Origin: a virus | Direction: 5' to 3' (one strand) | DNA: 64,000 nucleotides | Virus record (IMG/VR): IMGVR_UViG_3300036770_003984 | Coordinates: 1 to 64,000 of that record | In this document: piece by piece, positions 8,295 to 19,383 of the stretch | How positions within the stretch are numbered: the stretch's first letter is position 1 | How the letters are laid out: each line of letters opens with the position of its first letter | Program-made: the position numbers and the translations under genes | The notes under the pieces: model-generated | What the model was told of the DNA's origin: nothing | Seen by the model: the letters and a program-made list of their open reading frames with translations, nothing else | The model's database searches: none

Positions 8295-9005
8295 ATGATT
8301 AAACAACCAATAACCAAGATTCTTTTTATGGACATTGAAACCGTTGGGTGTTGTCCAGATTATGATGTGTGTTCAACATTGAACCCATCTGTTGCCGCCC
8401 AATTTGACAAGTATTTTGATTGGTTTTTAAAAAGATTTCCTGAAGACTCTCATATTCAATACGACAAAAAAAATGATGTCTTTAGAACAAGAACTGGACT
8501 TGTACCTGAGTTTGCTAAAATTATCTGTATAAGTTTTGCATTTGTATTGGATGATGGGTCAGTTAGAAAACAAACATTTTTTGGTGATGACGAACATAAA
8601 CTTTTGTTAGATGTTCAAAAATTATTAATTAAATGTGGAAAACTTGATTTTTGGTTGTGTGGTCATAATCTTAAAAATTTTGATATCCCAATGTTGGCAA
8701 AACGTATGATTATCAATGGTTTAATGCCACCATCAATATTACCTTCTTATGATACCAAACCTTGGGAAATAAAAGCCATTGACACCAAAGAAATTTGGCA
8801 ATATGGTGCTTATACCTCAATAGGTTCTTTGGATTTGTTGTGTTCAAATATTGGAGTCGAAACACCAAAGAATGGTGAAGTAATTGGTCAGAATGTTCAT
8901 AATGAATATTGGGAAAAACAAAACTTAGAAGGAATAAAAGAGTATTGTGAAAAAGATGTAAATGTATTAATAGAAATAATTAAAAAATTAAAGGATTTGA
9001 AATGA
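8295..9005 (+). CDS. PolB-related 3'-5' exonuclease (DEDD)
   Basis: FMDIET (ExoI), GHNLKNFDIP (ExoII), EYCEKDV (ExoIII). Confidence 0.85.
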   Translation: MIKQPITKILFMDIETVGCCPDYDVCSTLNPSVAAQFDKYFDWFLKRFPEDSHIQYDKKNDVFRTRTGLVPEFAKIICISFAFVLDDGSVRKQTFFGDDEHKLLLDVQKLLIKCGKLDFWLCGHNLKNFDIPMLAKRMIINGLMPPSILPSYDTKPWEIKAIDTKEIWQYGAYTSIGSLDLLCSNIGVETPKNGEVIGQNVHNEYWEKQNLEGIKEYCEKDVNVLIEIIKKLKDLK

Positions 9006-9598
9006 AAGATTTAATTGGTTTATATGAACAAGCCTTAAAATTACAAGAATATATAGATAGTCAAGAATCTGAAGATATTGACTATGACCAACTCTTCAAA
9101 GAGTTTGGTTTGGATATGAAAGAAATTGAACAGGAAATGATGGAAAATAAAACCAAATTACCACTTAATTATACAAAATTAAATTCTGATGTTATTGACC
9201 CATTTTATAATTATGAAAGTGATTCAGGATTTGATTTATACTCAACAGAAGATATAACAATTAAACCCTTTGGACGTGCCTTAATACCAACTGGATTATC
9301 ATTTGACATTAAAGATGGTTATGAAATACAAGTTAGGTCTAAAAGTGGATTGGCTATTAATCAAGGATTATTTGTTTTAAATTCCCCTGGAACTGTTGAT
9401 AGTGGATATTTGGGAGAAGTTAAAGTTATTCTATTTAACACGAATTCAGAACCATTTACAATAACTAAAGGAATGAAAGTAGCACAAGCTGTTTTATGTC
9501 CTGTTGTTGGGGGTAAATGGGTCGAATTAATAAACACAGAATCTCTACCAAAAAAAGATAGAGGTGATAATGGATTTGGAAGCACAGGAATTATATGA
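9002..9598 (+). CDS. dut: trimeric dUTPase with acidic N-terminal extension
   Basis: SGFDL, RSKSGLA, NSPGTVDSGYLGE, RGDNGFGSTG motifs. Confidence 0.95.
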   Translation: MKDLIGLYEQALKLQEYIDSQESEDIDYDQLFKEFGLDMKEIEQEMMENKTKLPLNYTKLNSDVIDPFYNYESDSGFDLYSTEDITIKPFGRALIPTGLSFDIKDGYEIQVRSKSGLAINQGLFVLNSPGTVDSGYLGEVKVILFNTNSEPFTITKGMKVAQAVLCPVVGGKWVELINTESLPKKDRGDNGFGSTGII

Positions 9599-10689
9599 TA
9601 ACAATAGGATTCTCAACGAGAAATGTTAGTAATGAATTTATTGATTTACTAAAACAAACATCAGGTATATCAAATTGTGAAATAATACCTATTGAAAATA
9701 ATGGAGAATATTCATTAACCGAGGTGTATAATAAAATAATTGAACAATCACAAAATGATATAATTGTTTTATGTCACGATGACATTTATTTTGATACTAA
9801 AAATTGGGGTATTAAAATATTAAATCATTTTAAACGAAATGGTGGTTTTGGTATTTTGGGTATGGCAGGTTCTGTAAGTTTACCTAAATCTGGAATGTGG
9901 TGGGAAGACTTCTCTAAAATGAGAGGTATTGTAAATCACGAACATAATGGAAAAAAATGGGAATCTAAATATTCTGAAAACAAAGGTGATGGTATTGATG
10001 AAGTTGTTTTAGTTGATGGTGTTTTTATAGTAGTTAATAAAGAAAAAATAAAGACAAAATTCAACGAAGACGTAAAAGGATTTCATTTTTATGATGTAGA
10101 CTTCTCATTTAATAATTTTATAAATGGAGTTAAAATTGGGGTAATTTATGATGTTAGAATTACTCATAAATCAATAGGCCAAACTAATGAAAAGTGGGAA
10201 GAAAATAGAAAATTATTTGTCGATAAAAATTCAGATAAATTACCTCAAAAAATAAAATATGATTTGTTTAAAACAAATAAAGTTAAAGTGATGGTATTTG
10301 ATGATAATCTAAAAACCTTTGATAAAATTTATAGATTGTTATCCAAAACAAAATCAAAAATATCTTTTTGTGGGATATTAAAAAACAAAAGTGATATTTT
10401 AAGATTAAATGCTAGTAATACAAATTATTTTACACTTTATGAACCATATGGTTATAAACTTGGTGATGGTAAATGGGGATTAAATGGTATGAATGGATTT
10501 ACTAAATCTCAACCTAATCAATTATATAAAATAAAAGAGTTTGATTATGATTTAGTTCATTGCGTAAATTCTGATATGTTTAATATGATTAAACAAATTT
10601 ACCCTAATACTTTAATTTATTCTGAAAAAAAAGATTTCAAAAGTTCGGAAGAACTATTAAACGAATATCAAAATTTATTAAATGGTTAA
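9595..10689 (+). CDS. GT-A (family 2-like) glycosyltransferase
   Basis: LCHDDIYF, VVLVDGVFIVV, GFHFYDVDFS motifs. Confidence 0.8.
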   Translation: MITIGFSTRNVSNEFIDLLKQTSGISNCEIIPIENNGEYSLTEVYNKIIEQSQNDIIVLCHDDIYFDTKNWGIKILNHFKRNGGFGILGMAGSVSLPKSGMWWEDFSKMRGIVNHEHNGKKWESKYSENKGDGIDEVVLVDGVFIVVNKEKIKTKFNEDVKGFHFYDVDFSFNNFINGVKIGVIYDVRITHKSIGQTNEKWEENRKLFVDKNSDKLPQKIKYDLFKTNKVKVMVFDDNLKTFDKIYRLLSKTKSKISFCGILKNKSDILRLNASNTNYFTLYEPYGYKLGDGKWGLNGMNGFTKSQPNQLYKIKEFDYDLVHCVNSDMFNMIKQIYPNTLIYSEKKDFKSSEELLNEYQNLLNG

Positions 10690-11473
10690 AATATTATCAG
10701 GATGGAGTAATAAGGGAGGTTCAACTTTTGCTTTTATAAATCTAACAAACGAACTCAATAAAGTTGGTATTGATACTACTTTTTATGGACCACATCAATG
10801 GCATTTGGATAAATGTAAATCAGGTCTTCTAGATAATAATTTTAGATTTACTAAAAATGATATTATTATTTGTCATTTTTTGAATTTAGGTAAGAGACCT
10901 GATGTGAAAAGAATTGTATTATCTTGTCACGAAAAGAATCTTTTTGAAGTTGGTAATATTAAACCATTTTGGGATAGTGTAGTTTTTCTAAATGAAAAAC
11001 ATAGGAATTATCATAGTAAATACAAAGGTAAATTTGAAATTATTCCAAATCTAAAAGAAAACTTGGAGAATAAAGACAAGTCTGAAGAAGTAAAAGGATG
11101 TGTGGGTATTATAGGGTCAATAGACCCAAATAAACAAACACATATATCAATTAAAAGAGCCTTAGAGGATGGTGTTAAAAAAGTATACATATTTGGTAAT
11201 GTAAGTGACCCAAATTATTATAATTCATATGTTAAACCTTTAATTGATAATGATAAAGTTATTGAATATGGATTCATAGGAGATAAACAAAAAATGTACG
11301 ATATGGTAGAGTCTGTTTATCTATCTTCAAATAGTGAGGTTGCTTCTCTAGTTCAAGATGAATGTTATACAACTGGAACTATATTCAAAGGTAATGAAGC
11401 GACAGAACACGATATTATAAATTTAAACAATAAAGAAATAATTGAAAAATGGAAAAAAATACTACGAATTTAA
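10682..11473 (+). CDS. GT-B glycosyltransferase
   Basis: SNKGGSTFA N-terminal loop, VGIIGSIDPNKQTH, SNSEVASLV. Confidence 0.7.
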   Translation: MVKILSGWSNKGGSTFAFINLTNELNKVGIDTTFYGPHQWHLDKCKSGLLDNNFRFTKNDIIICHFLNLGKRPDVKRIVLSCHEKNLFEVGNIKPFWDSVVFLNEKHRNYHSKYKGKFEIIPNLKENLENKDKSEEVKGCVGIIGSIDPNKQTHISIKRALEDGVKKVYIFGNVSDPNYYNSYVKPLIDNDKVIEYGFIGDKQKMYDMVESVYLSSNSEVASLVQDECYTTGTIFKGNEATEHDIINLNNKEIIEKWKKILRI

Positions 11474-12216
11474 AAAAACCTATCATATACGCATACTTTT
11501 TATGTTATAATGAAGCAACAATTCTACCTCATCTTTTAAAATATTATTTAACTTTTTGTGATAAAGTTTTTATATTAGATAATGGGTCAACTGACGATAG
11601 TATAAAAATAGTAAATTCATTCCCAAATACTGAAGTAATTAGATTTAATTCTAATGGTGAATTTAGAGATGATGTTCATATACAAATAAAAAATAACATT
11701 TGGAAAAATCATAAAAATGATGTTGATTATGTTATACTTGGGGATGCTGATGAATTTTTATATCATAATAATATAGTTGATTTCTTGACTGAAAAATTTA
11801 ATCAGGGGTATACTATTTTTAAACCATTTGGGTATCATATGGTAGGTGATGTTGATTTAGAATTAAGTGACAATGATAATATTTTTGAAAAAATTAAAGA
11901 TGGTATTAGAACACCAGTACTTGATAAAATGATGATATTTGATTGTAAAAAAATCAGAGAAATTAATTACTCTTATGGTTGTCACTTTGCTAACCCACAA
12001 GGTGAAGTTAAATTATATAATGGTGAAGACTTAAAAATGGTACATTATAAATTTTTAGGAGTTAAAAATTATGTATATAGAAATAGTATGAGACGAGAAC
12101 GTTTAAGTACATTTAACAAACAAAATGGACTTGGTACATATTATTTGTATTCTGATGATGAAAATGTGAAAGATTATATGGATCATTTTAATAAAAGAAC
12201 TAAAATACTTGATTAA
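11449..12216 (+). CDS. family 2 glycosyltransferase
   Basis: CYNEATIL, ILDNGSTDDS, GDADEFL motifs. Confidence 0.85.
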   Translation: MEKNTTNLKKPIIYAYFLCYNEATILPHLLKYYLTFCDKVFILDNGSTDDSIKIVNSFPNTEVIRFNSNGEFRDDVHIQIKNNIWKNHKNDVDYVILGDADEFLYHNNIVDFLTEKFNQGYTIFKPFGYHMVGDVDLELSDNDNIFEKIKDGIRTPVLDKMMIFDCKKIREINYSYGCHFANPQGEVKLYNGEDLKMVHYKFLGVKNYVYRNSMRRERLSTFNKQNGLGTYYLYSDDENVKDYMDHFNKRTKILD

Positions 12217-12926
12217 TGATAATTTTAACAACTTTTTACAACGTTGGAAACTACATTGAAAGGTGTATTCTCTCAATTAGAAATCAATCTTTAAAAGATT
12301 TCAAATGTTACCTTATTGATGATATGTCAACAGACTCTTCAGTATCTAAAATAAGACCATTAATAAAAAAAGATAAAAGATTTATCTTAATTAAGAATAC
12401 TGAAAAAAAATATAAAACAAAAAATTATGTTGACATATTATCTAATGTTGACATAAGTGACGATGAGATTGTTATTGAGTTGGATGGTGATGATTTTTTT
12501 GCTAATGATAAAGTTTTAGAAAAAGTTAATGAAGTATATAAAGACCAAAATGTATGGATAACAAATGGTAGTTTTATATATTCATCAGGTCAAAGGGGAT
12601 TTTCTTCACCACAAGTTAATTTTGATACATTAAGAACTGATAGATTTACAGCAAGTCATTTAAGAACTTGGAAAACATTTTTATGGAGAAAAATTAAAGA
12701 TGAAGACCATAGAGACAATAATGGAAATTATTTTAGATTAAATGCTGATTTGGCTTATATGTTACCTATGTTAGAAATGGCTGGGAGTTTACACTATAAA
12801 TTTATACCTGATTTAATGGTGGTTTATAACGAACAAAACCCATTAAATGACCATAAAGTTGATATGAGTTTAGTTAATAGTTGTGCAATTGAAATAAGAA
12901 GTAGAAAAAAATACGATAGGTTATGA
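12216..12926 (+). CDS. family 2 glycosyltransferase
   Basis: TTFYNVGNYI, IDDMSTDSS, ELDGDDFF motifs. Confidence 0.85.
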   Translation: MIILTTFYNVGNYIERCILSIRNQSLKDFKCYLIDDMSTDSSVSKIRPLIKKDKRFILIKNTEKKYKTKNYVDILSNVDISDDEIVIELDGDDFFANDKVLEKVNEVYKDQNVWITNGSFIYSSGQRGFSSPQVNFDTLRTDRFTASHLRTWKTFLWRKIKDEDHRDNNGNYFRLNADLAYMLPMLEMAGSLHYKFIPDLMVVYNEQNPLNDHKVDMSLVNSCAIEIRSRKKYDRL

Positions 12927-13699
12927 TAACAACATTTTTACAAGGTGGATTAGGTAATCAAATATTTCAAATTATGGCGGCAATAAGTCATAGTAAAAAA
13001 ATTAATACTGATTGTTATTTTGATTTTTCAAAGTCTAATGTTGAGACTCAAGGTCAAAGAGCAAATAAATATGCTGATAATCTATTTAAAAACTTAAATA
13101 ATACTATTATTAACTTTAATAATCTACAAAGATACATTGAACCTAGATTTAGTTTTACTCCATTACCAATTATTGATAATGTCTGTTTGATAGGTAGTTT
13201 TCAATCTGAAAAATATTTTGACAACATAAAAAATGAAATTTATGATTTATTTTATTTTGATGAAAATAAAATGAGTCAAATACAAAATTACATAAATGAA
13301 AAAACAGGTGGTGATTTAGTTACATCTCTTCATATAAGAAGAGGTGATTATCTTAGAAAACCAAACTTCCATCCAACTCAGGATTTAAATTATTATGTTA
13401 AAGCTATGGAAATTACAAATACCAAAAAATACATAGTAGTTTCTGATGACATACAATGGTGTAAAGAAAATTTTATTGGTGATAAATTTATTTTTTCAGA
13501 TTTTACTGATGAAATTGACGATTTAATGTTGATTATGAATTGTAATCACCATATTATTGCAAATAGTAGTTTTAGTTGGTGGGGAGCTTATTTGTGTAAA
13601 AATCCAAATAAAATAGTTGTTGCACCTAAATTGTGGTTTGGTCTACAAGGTCCTCAAGATACTGAGGACATTTATATAAATAATTGGATAAAAATATAA
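12923..13699 (+). CDS. alpha-1,2-fucosyltransferase (GT11)
   Basis: QGGLGNQIFQ, GSFQSEKYF, SLHIRRGDY, IIANSSFSWWGAYL motifs. Confidence 0.92.
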   Translation: MITTFLQGGLGNQIFQIMAAISHSKKINTDCYFDFSKSNVETQGQRANKYADNLFKNLNNTIINFNNLQRYIEPRFSFTPLPIIDNVCLIGSFQSEKYFDNIKNEIYDLFYFDENKMSQIQNYINEKTGGDLVTSLHIRRGDYLRKPNFHPTQDLNYYVKAMEITNTKKYIVVSDDIQWCKENFIGDKFIFSDFTDEIDDLMLIMNCNHHIIANSSFSWWGAYLCKNPNKIVVAPKLWFGLQGPQDTEDIYINNWIKI

Positions 13700-13703
13700 A
13701 AAT

Positions 13704-14327
13704 ATGTTATTAAATTTTGACCAACTTATAAAAAAATATGATTTAAAAATTAAAGGTATTATTCATATTGGTGCTCACTATGGAGATGAATATTACCTAT
13801 ATGAAAAGAACAATGTTAAAAATTTAATTTTTTTTGAAGCTTCACCGATTAATTTTGAAGTCTTAAAAGAAAGAATTAATGATAAAGCAAACTTAGTGAA
13901 TTATGCGTTAGGTAATGAAAATAAAAAAGTCATTCTAAATATTGAGACAAATAATAAAGGTATGTCTAATTCAATCTTGAAGCCTGGTATTCATTTAACT
14001 CAATATCCACATATAAAATTTGAATCTACAATTGAGGTTGATATGGTAAGATTGGATGACTATATAACACAAAATAATATTAACATAGAGAATTATAATT
14101 TTATTAATATTGATGTTCAAGGATATGAGTTGGAAGTTTTTAAAGGTGGTGAAAAAGTTCTAGAAAGTATTGATTATATTATTACCGAAGTTAATAGAGA
14201 TTATGTCTATGTTGATAACGTTTTAGTTACCGATTTAGATGAATATTTAAATAAATTTGGTTTTGAAAGAGTTGAGACATCTTGGGATGGTTATACTTGG
14301 GGAGACGCTTTTTATATAAAAAAATGA
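13704..14327 (+). CDS. FkbM-family methyltransferase
   Basis: IHIGAHYG, NYALG, NIDVQGYELEVFKG motifs. Confidence 0.9.
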   Translation: MLLNFDQLIKKYDLKIKGIIHIGAHYGDEYYLYEKNNVKNLIFFEASPINFEVLKERINDKANLVNYALGNENKKVILNIETNNKGMSNSILKPGIHLTQYPHIKFESTIEVDMVRLDDYITQNNINIENYNFINIDVQGYELEVFKGGEKVLESIDYIITEVNRDYVYVDNVLVTDLDEYLNKFGFERVETSWDGYTWGDAFYIKK

Positions 14328-15163
14328 TTAATTTATATTTTAATAATAGTGGAAGAGGTCCTGGAAAAGTTTATAGTAATTTAATTAAAGGCCTAGAATT
14401 ATTGAACATTGATTATACAATCAATCAAAATATTAATAATGGATGGAAAAATTTAATCCTACAATCTCATTGGGCATTAAATTCTGAAAAAATAAATGAT
14501 GCTATTATTGGGCCAAATATTTGTGTTTTGCCAATTGACAATCAAGAAGTTATGTCCCAAAAATATAAAAAAATTATTGTACCATCAGAATGGGTACAAA
14601 AATTATATGAAAGATGGTTACCAAAAGAAAAAATAATTGTTTGGCCAGTTGGTATTGATACGGATTATTTTAAAGATTTTTCAAATGAACATAAGACAAA
14701 TGATTGTCTAATATATTTTAAAAGACGAGATGAAAGTGAGTTAAATTTAGTAATTTCATTTTTAAAATCAATTAATCAAACTTATCAAATAGTTAAATAT
14801 GGTAGTTATTCTGAGTCTGATTTTTTAAACCATTTAAAAAGTTCTAAATATGGTATTGTCATTAATAAATGTGAATCACAAGGTATTGCAATCCAAGAAA
14901 TGATGAGTACGAATTTACCATTATTAGTTTGGGATACACCAATATGGGATGATAGAGGTGAAACTTTTAAAATAGAAGCAACATCAGTTCCTTATTGGGA
15001 TAGAAGATGTGGGTATAAATTTACAAAATTTGAAGAAATAGACGATATTTTCAATACTTTTATAGAGAAAAAAAATACTTATTCACCAAGACACTTCATT
15101 TTAGAACATTTATCTTTAGAACATAGTGTTAATAATTTAATTAAAGAATTTTATGGATTATAA
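14324..15163 (+). CDS. GT-B glycosyltransferase
   Basis: Start placed at the ATGA overlap (MINLYFNNSGRGPGKV); WPVGIDTD and ESQGIAIQEMMSTNLPLLV motifs. Confidence 0.75.
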   Translation: MINLYFNNSGRGPGKVYSNLIKGLELLNIDYTINQNINNGWKNLILQSHWALNSEKINDAIIGPNICVLPIDNQEVMSQKYKKIIVPSEWVQKLYERWLPKEKIIVWPVGIDTDYFKDFSNEHKTNDCLIYFKRRDESELNLVISFLKSINQTYQIVKYGSYSESDFLNHLKSSKYGIVINKCESQGIAIQEMMSTNLPLLVWDTPIWDDRGETFKIEATSVPYWDRRCGYKFTKFEEIDDIFNTFIEKKNTYSPRHFILEHLSLEHSVNNLIKEFYGL

Positions 15164-15821
15164 TGAATTTTTAAAATACTATACAATAGAAACTTTATCA
15201 TCAATTGATGTAAACATACATGAAGTGATGTTAAATAAATTTATTTCATTGCAAAAAGAAAAAAAAGAATTTATTTTTTTTGATATAGGTTGTAATGGAG
15301 GTAGTTTTATTAAAACGATTAAAAATAAAGGTATTAATGCTAAAATTCATGCTTTTGAACCACACCCATACCTATTCAAATATTTAACTGAAACTTATCC
15401 TAACGATAAGATAAATTGTGAATGTGTAACAAATATTGATGGAAAATGTAATATAAATATACCATTATATTCTGTTGGTTTAAGTAGTATAATAAAAAGA
15501 CCTATATTTGAGAGTTTAAAAACTACTCAAGAAATTAAATCACTAGAGTGTAATGCCATAAGATTGGATTCATATTGTAAAAAAAATGATATTAGACAAA
15601 TTGATTTTATTAAAATAGATGTTGAAGGTGCTGAGTATTTTGTGTTTGAAGGGGCACAAAAGTTATTAAGTGAAAATAAAATTTTATGTGGACAATTTGA
15701 AGTAGGTATTGAAGAAAGTGGTCATACTACTAATGATATATTAAATATGTTAATAAAATATGGTTATGAAGTTGATAAAACTTTAAAATCTGATTACTTT
15801 TTTTTTTTAAAAAATAAATAA
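15153..15821 (+). CDS. FkbM-family methyltransferase
   Basis: FDIGCNGG, AFEPHP, IKIDVEGAE motifs. Confidence 0.9.
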   Translation: MDYNEFLKYYTIETLSSIDVNIHEVMLNKFISLQKEKKEFIFFDIGCNGGSFIKTIKNKGINAKIHAFEPHPYLFKYLTETYPNDKINCECVTNIDGKCNINIPLYSVGLSSIIKRPIFESLKTTQEIKSLECNAIRLDSYCKKNDIRQIDFIKIDVEGAEYFVFEGAQKLLSENKILCGQFEVGIEESGHTTNDILNMLIKYGYEVDKTLKSDYFFFLKNK

Positions 15822-16435
15822 TGGATAATAACATCATAATAACAATCTCAACAGCAATAATAGACGATAATATTACAAAAGAACAAAGAATTTTAGAATA
15901 TGAAGAGTGTTTTAATATAATTAAAGGTTTTGGGTATTTTGATTTCTATATTGTAGAAACTGTTTTATCCTATTCTGACTTTCTAGAAAAACATTCCAAA
16001 AATGTTTTTTATACAAACGTTAATGGGAAGTATAACAATAGAGGTACTAACTATGTAAATTCATTTAAAAAGTTTTTAAATGAATCTAAATTTAATGATG
16101 ATGATATTATAGTTCATATAACTGGTAGATACCCATTAACTGATGATTCTTTTTTTAAGAATTGTTTAAAATTGGAAAAGGAAAAAATTGGTTGTTTTAA
16201 AAAAGATAGACACAATCAATGTTATTTATTTCTATATGGAATGAGATTTAAGGAGTTAAAAGGGTTATTAAATAGTATAAACGTAGATTATATGGAACGT
16301 AATATGATTAACTTAGAAATGTTATTTTCACAAAACATACCAGAAGATACTATTATGTTATTAGATAATTTAGGAATAATAGGTAGACAAAGTAATGAAA
16401 AAAATCCAAATGTTTATGGAAAATTAAAATTTTAA
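15821..16435 (+). CDS. hypothetical protein in the glycan cluster
   Basis: ORF track; VHITGRY motif; coupled to its neighbours. Confidence 0.7.
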   Translation: MDNNIIITISTAIIDDNITKEQRILEYEECFNIIKGFGYFDFYIVETVLSYSDFLEKHSKNVFYTNVNGKYNNRGTNYVNSFKKFLNESKFNDDDIIVHITGRYPLTDDSFFKNCLKLEKEKIGCFKKDRHNQCYLFLYGMRFKELKGLLNSINVDYMERNMINLEMLFSQNIPEDTIMLLDNLGIIGRQSNEKNPNVYGKLKF

Positions 16436-16438
16436 ATT

Positions 16439-17098
16439 ATGAGTGAAATATTAACATTAAATGAAATAGGTCTTAAAAATAAAAGTGACAAATCATCTGA
16501 ATACCATAATTATCTAAAATTATATGATAAGTATTTTTCTATTTATAGAAATAAAAATATAAATTTTTTAGAAATCGGTATTTTATTTGGTGATTCTCTA
16601 AAAATATTTGATGAATATTTTATAAATGGAAATATAACTGCAATTGATATTGAAGATAAATCATATCTAAGTAAAAGTAATATACAAATTATTAAAGGTG
16701 ACCAATCTGATATAAATTTATTAAATCGTTTTGAGGATAATAAATATGATATTATTTTAGATGATGGCTCTCACAATATGAGTCACCAACAAATATCTTT
16801 AGGTGTTCTTTTTAAAAAATTAAAAAGTGGTGGTCTTTACATCATTGAAGATTTACACACTAGTTGTTATGAATATAGAGAAAATATAATGTACAATAAT
16901 AAATTATTTGGACTAACAAATGATAATAGTACTATTGATTTTCTAAATGGTATAAAAAATAAAACGGATAAAAATAAATATTTAACCACAAAAGAATATG
17001 AGTATCTATGTGAAAATATTGAAAGTATTGAAATTTTTGAAACTAGTAGAAAGAATAACAATGAATTTTCAATCACATCAATAATAAAGAAAAAATAA
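16439..17098 (+). CDS. class I SAM methyltransferase (sugar O-methyltransferase-like)
   Basis: LEIGILFG, IILDDGSH, GGLYIIEDL motifs. Confidence 0.85.
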   Translation: MSEILTLNEIGLKNKSDKSSEYHNYLKLYDKYFSIYRNKNINFLEIGILFGDSLKIFDEYFINGNITAIDIEDKSYLSKSNIQIIKGDQSDINLLNRFEDNKYDIILDDGSHNMSHQQISLGVLFKKLKSGGLYIIEDLHTSCYEYRENIMYNNKLFGLTNDNSTIDFLNGIKNKTDKNKYLTTKEYEYLCENIESIEIFETSRKNNNEFSITSIIKKK

Positions 17099-17106
17099 TA
17101 TACGAT

Positions 17107-17697
17107 ATGCACAAAGAACAAATAAATTATTTAAATAAAATAAAGGATAAATTTCCAGCAGCGTTTAAAAATAAAAAAGTTTTAGATATTGGGTCATTCA
17201 ATGTTAATGGTAATGAAAAACCATGGTTTGAAGATTGTGATTTTATAGGTTTGGATTTATTACCAGGACTTGGTGTAGATGTTGTTTGCCCAGCAAATGA
17301 ATATGATGCCCCAAACAACACTTTTGATACAATCATTTCATGTGAATGTTGGGAACACAATCCATATTACAAAGAAAGTATAATGAACGCTATTAGAATG
17401 TTAAAATCTGGAGGTTATTTTATTTGGACGTGCGCAACAACTGGTAGACCAATTCATGGTACAAAAACACAAGACGAAATAGATAAAAAAAATAATAAAA
17501 CAGCACAAGGAAATAGTACCAATAATTGGATTACTATGCCAAATGTAAAAAAAGAGGGTTGGGATAATGAGTATTACAAAAATTTAACTGAACAAGATAT
17601 TCGTGAATTTTGTGATGTTGACTCTATTTTTTCATCATATAGTTTTGAAATTGAAACTAATCATTGTGATTTATATTTTTGGGGAATAAAAAAATAA
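17107..17697 (+). CDS. class I SAM methyltransferase
   Basis: VLDIGSFNVNG, FDTIISCECWEH, LKSGGYFI motifs. Confidence 0.85.
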   Translation: MHKEQINYLNKIKDKFPAAFKNKKVLDIGSFNVNGNEKPWFEDCDFIGLDLLPGLGVDVVCPANEYDAPNNTFDTIISCECWEHNPYYKESIMNAIRMLKSGGYFIWTCATTGRPIHGTKTQDEIDKKNNKTAQGNSTNNWITMPNVKKEGWDNEYYKNLTEQDIREFCDVDSIFSSYSFEIETNHCDLYFWGIKK

Positions 17698-17749
17698 ATT
17701 TACAATCAATAAAAATATAATATGATTTATAAAAATTAAACATATTTAA

Positions 17750-18475
17750 ATGGCAACAAGAAAAAAACCAACACAACCTCAAAACACTGAGGAAACAAAA
17801 AAAACAAAAAAGGAAATTATTTGTGAAATAATCAAAAAGAAATCCAAAGAAAAGTTCTTATCAGACAATCAAAAATTATATTATGATTTGTTGAAAAAAA
17901 ATCAAATAACAATTTGTTCAGGTCCTGCAGGTGTTGGTAAATCATATATTGCAATGAAAGCAGCACTAGATATTTTATCTGACCCAACCACACCATACGA
18001 AAAAATTATTATTGTAAGACCTGCGGTTGAAGCTGAAGAAAAACTAGGTTCTCTACCTGGAAATGTTGAAGAAAAATTAGATCCTTATATTTTCCCCTCA
18101 TATTACTTAATGAATAAAATCATTGGCAAAGAAACAAGAGAAAAATTGAAAGACATTGATGTTATTGAAGTTTTCGCTTTGGCTTATATGAGAGGTATGA
18201 ATATTGATAACTCCATTCTTATATTTGAGGAAGCTCAAAATTCAACTCCTAACCAAATGAAATTACTCTTGACAAGGATTGGGTTCAATAGTAAATTTTT
18301 TATCAGTGGTGACTTAGAACAGACCGATAGATATAAAGATAAGACACACTCAGGATTGTATGATGCAATCAAGAAGTTCAAAGGTTTGGATGATGTTGGA
18401 GTTTTTGAATTTGATAATAAAGATGTGGTTAGAAATCCATTAATCGGAAAAATATTAAAAAGATACGAAGAATGA
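17750..18475 (+). CDS. phoH: PhoH-family ATPase
   Basis: GPAGVGKS, EKLGSLPG, YMRG, EEAQN, SGDLEQTD motifs. Confidence 0.95.
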   Translation: MATRKKPTQPQNTEETKKTKKEIICEIIKKKSKEKFLSDNQKLYYDLLKKNQITICSGPAGVGKSYIAMKAALDILSDPTTPYEKIIIVRPAVEAEEKLGSLPGNVEEKLDPYIFPSYYLMNKIIGKETREKLKDIDVIEVFALAYMRGMNIDNSILIFEEAQNSTPNQMKLLLTRIGFNSKFFISGDLEQTDRYKDKTHSGLYDAIKKFKGLDDVGVFEFDNKDVVRNPLIGKILKRYEE

Positions 18476-19119
18476 GAATTGCTATAGATGTAAATGGTGT
18501 ATTAAGAGATACAATTGGTAAATTCAAACATTTATATGAAAAACATTTAATTGAGGGATATCAAGAATTTACACCACAAACATATAAAATTGACTTGTCT
18601 GGTAACACTGAATTGGAAACAATTTCAGAACCATTTGAATATAAAATATTATCTCCAGTAACGACTTTAGAATTACAAGACCATTTTTCGTTTCAATCAA
18701 ATGAAGAATTTTATTCATTTATGTATGAAGAATATTGTATGGAGTTATTTGGACATGCCCCATCAACTGAGATGACAACATTTAATGATTTAAATGACAT
18801 TTATGTCAAGAATAGGAAACAATGGGATTTTATAATATTATCCGATGAAATTAAGAAATCAAAACCTGCAACTCTTTTCTTTTTATCAAAATTTGGATGT
18901 GAATTAGAAAAAATAATTTTTTATTCAAATTTTACAATAAATTCAATATGGAATGAATTTGATGTTTTACTTACAGCTAATCCTAACTTATTATTAAATC
19001 ATCCAAATGAAAAAATTTTAATAAAGTTTGAAACAGAATATAATAAGGATATAAACTCAAAATACTCTATACAAAAAATAAAAGAGTTAGATTCAGTAAT
19101 TAAGAAAATATTATGTTAA
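18472..19119 (+). CDS. HAD-family 5'(3')-deoxyribonucleotidase-like protein
   Basis: MRIAIDVNGVLRD (HAD motif I variant). Confidence 0.6.
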   Translation: MRIAIDVNGVLRDTIGKFKHLYEKHLIEGYQEFTPQTYKIDLSGNTELETISEPFEYKILSPVTTLELQDHFSFQSNEEFYSFMYEEYCMELFGHAPSTEMTTFNDLNDIYVKNRKQWDFIILSDEIKKSKPATLFFLSKFGCELEKIIFYSNFTINSIWNEFDVLLTANPNLLLNHPNEKILIKFETEYNKDINSKYSIQKIKELDSVIKKILC

Positions 19120-19382
19120 AAATACTAGGTGAAAATTATTATTTTGATATTGATGCAATTGAAAAATACATCAATGTTGAACCCCCAATTGATTTTACTG
19201 GAGCACCACAAAATCACATAAGTGTAGTTAAATACGAAATGGTTAAAATGATGACAGAAACATTAATTGTTGAAAACGAAGAAGCTGATGAAGCATTAGG
19301 AATGAAAAGTACAGAATTATCAATACCATTTAGATTAGCATTTAATTCATTACTATATAAAAAATTAATAAATAAAATTTAA
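19113..19382 (+). CDS. hypothetical protein
   Basis: ORF track. Confidence 0.75.
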   Translation: MLKILGENYYFDIDAIEKYINVEPPIDFTGAPQNHISVVKYEMVKMMTETLIVENEEADEALGMKSTELSIPFRLAFNSLLYKKLINKI

Positions 19383-19383
19383 T

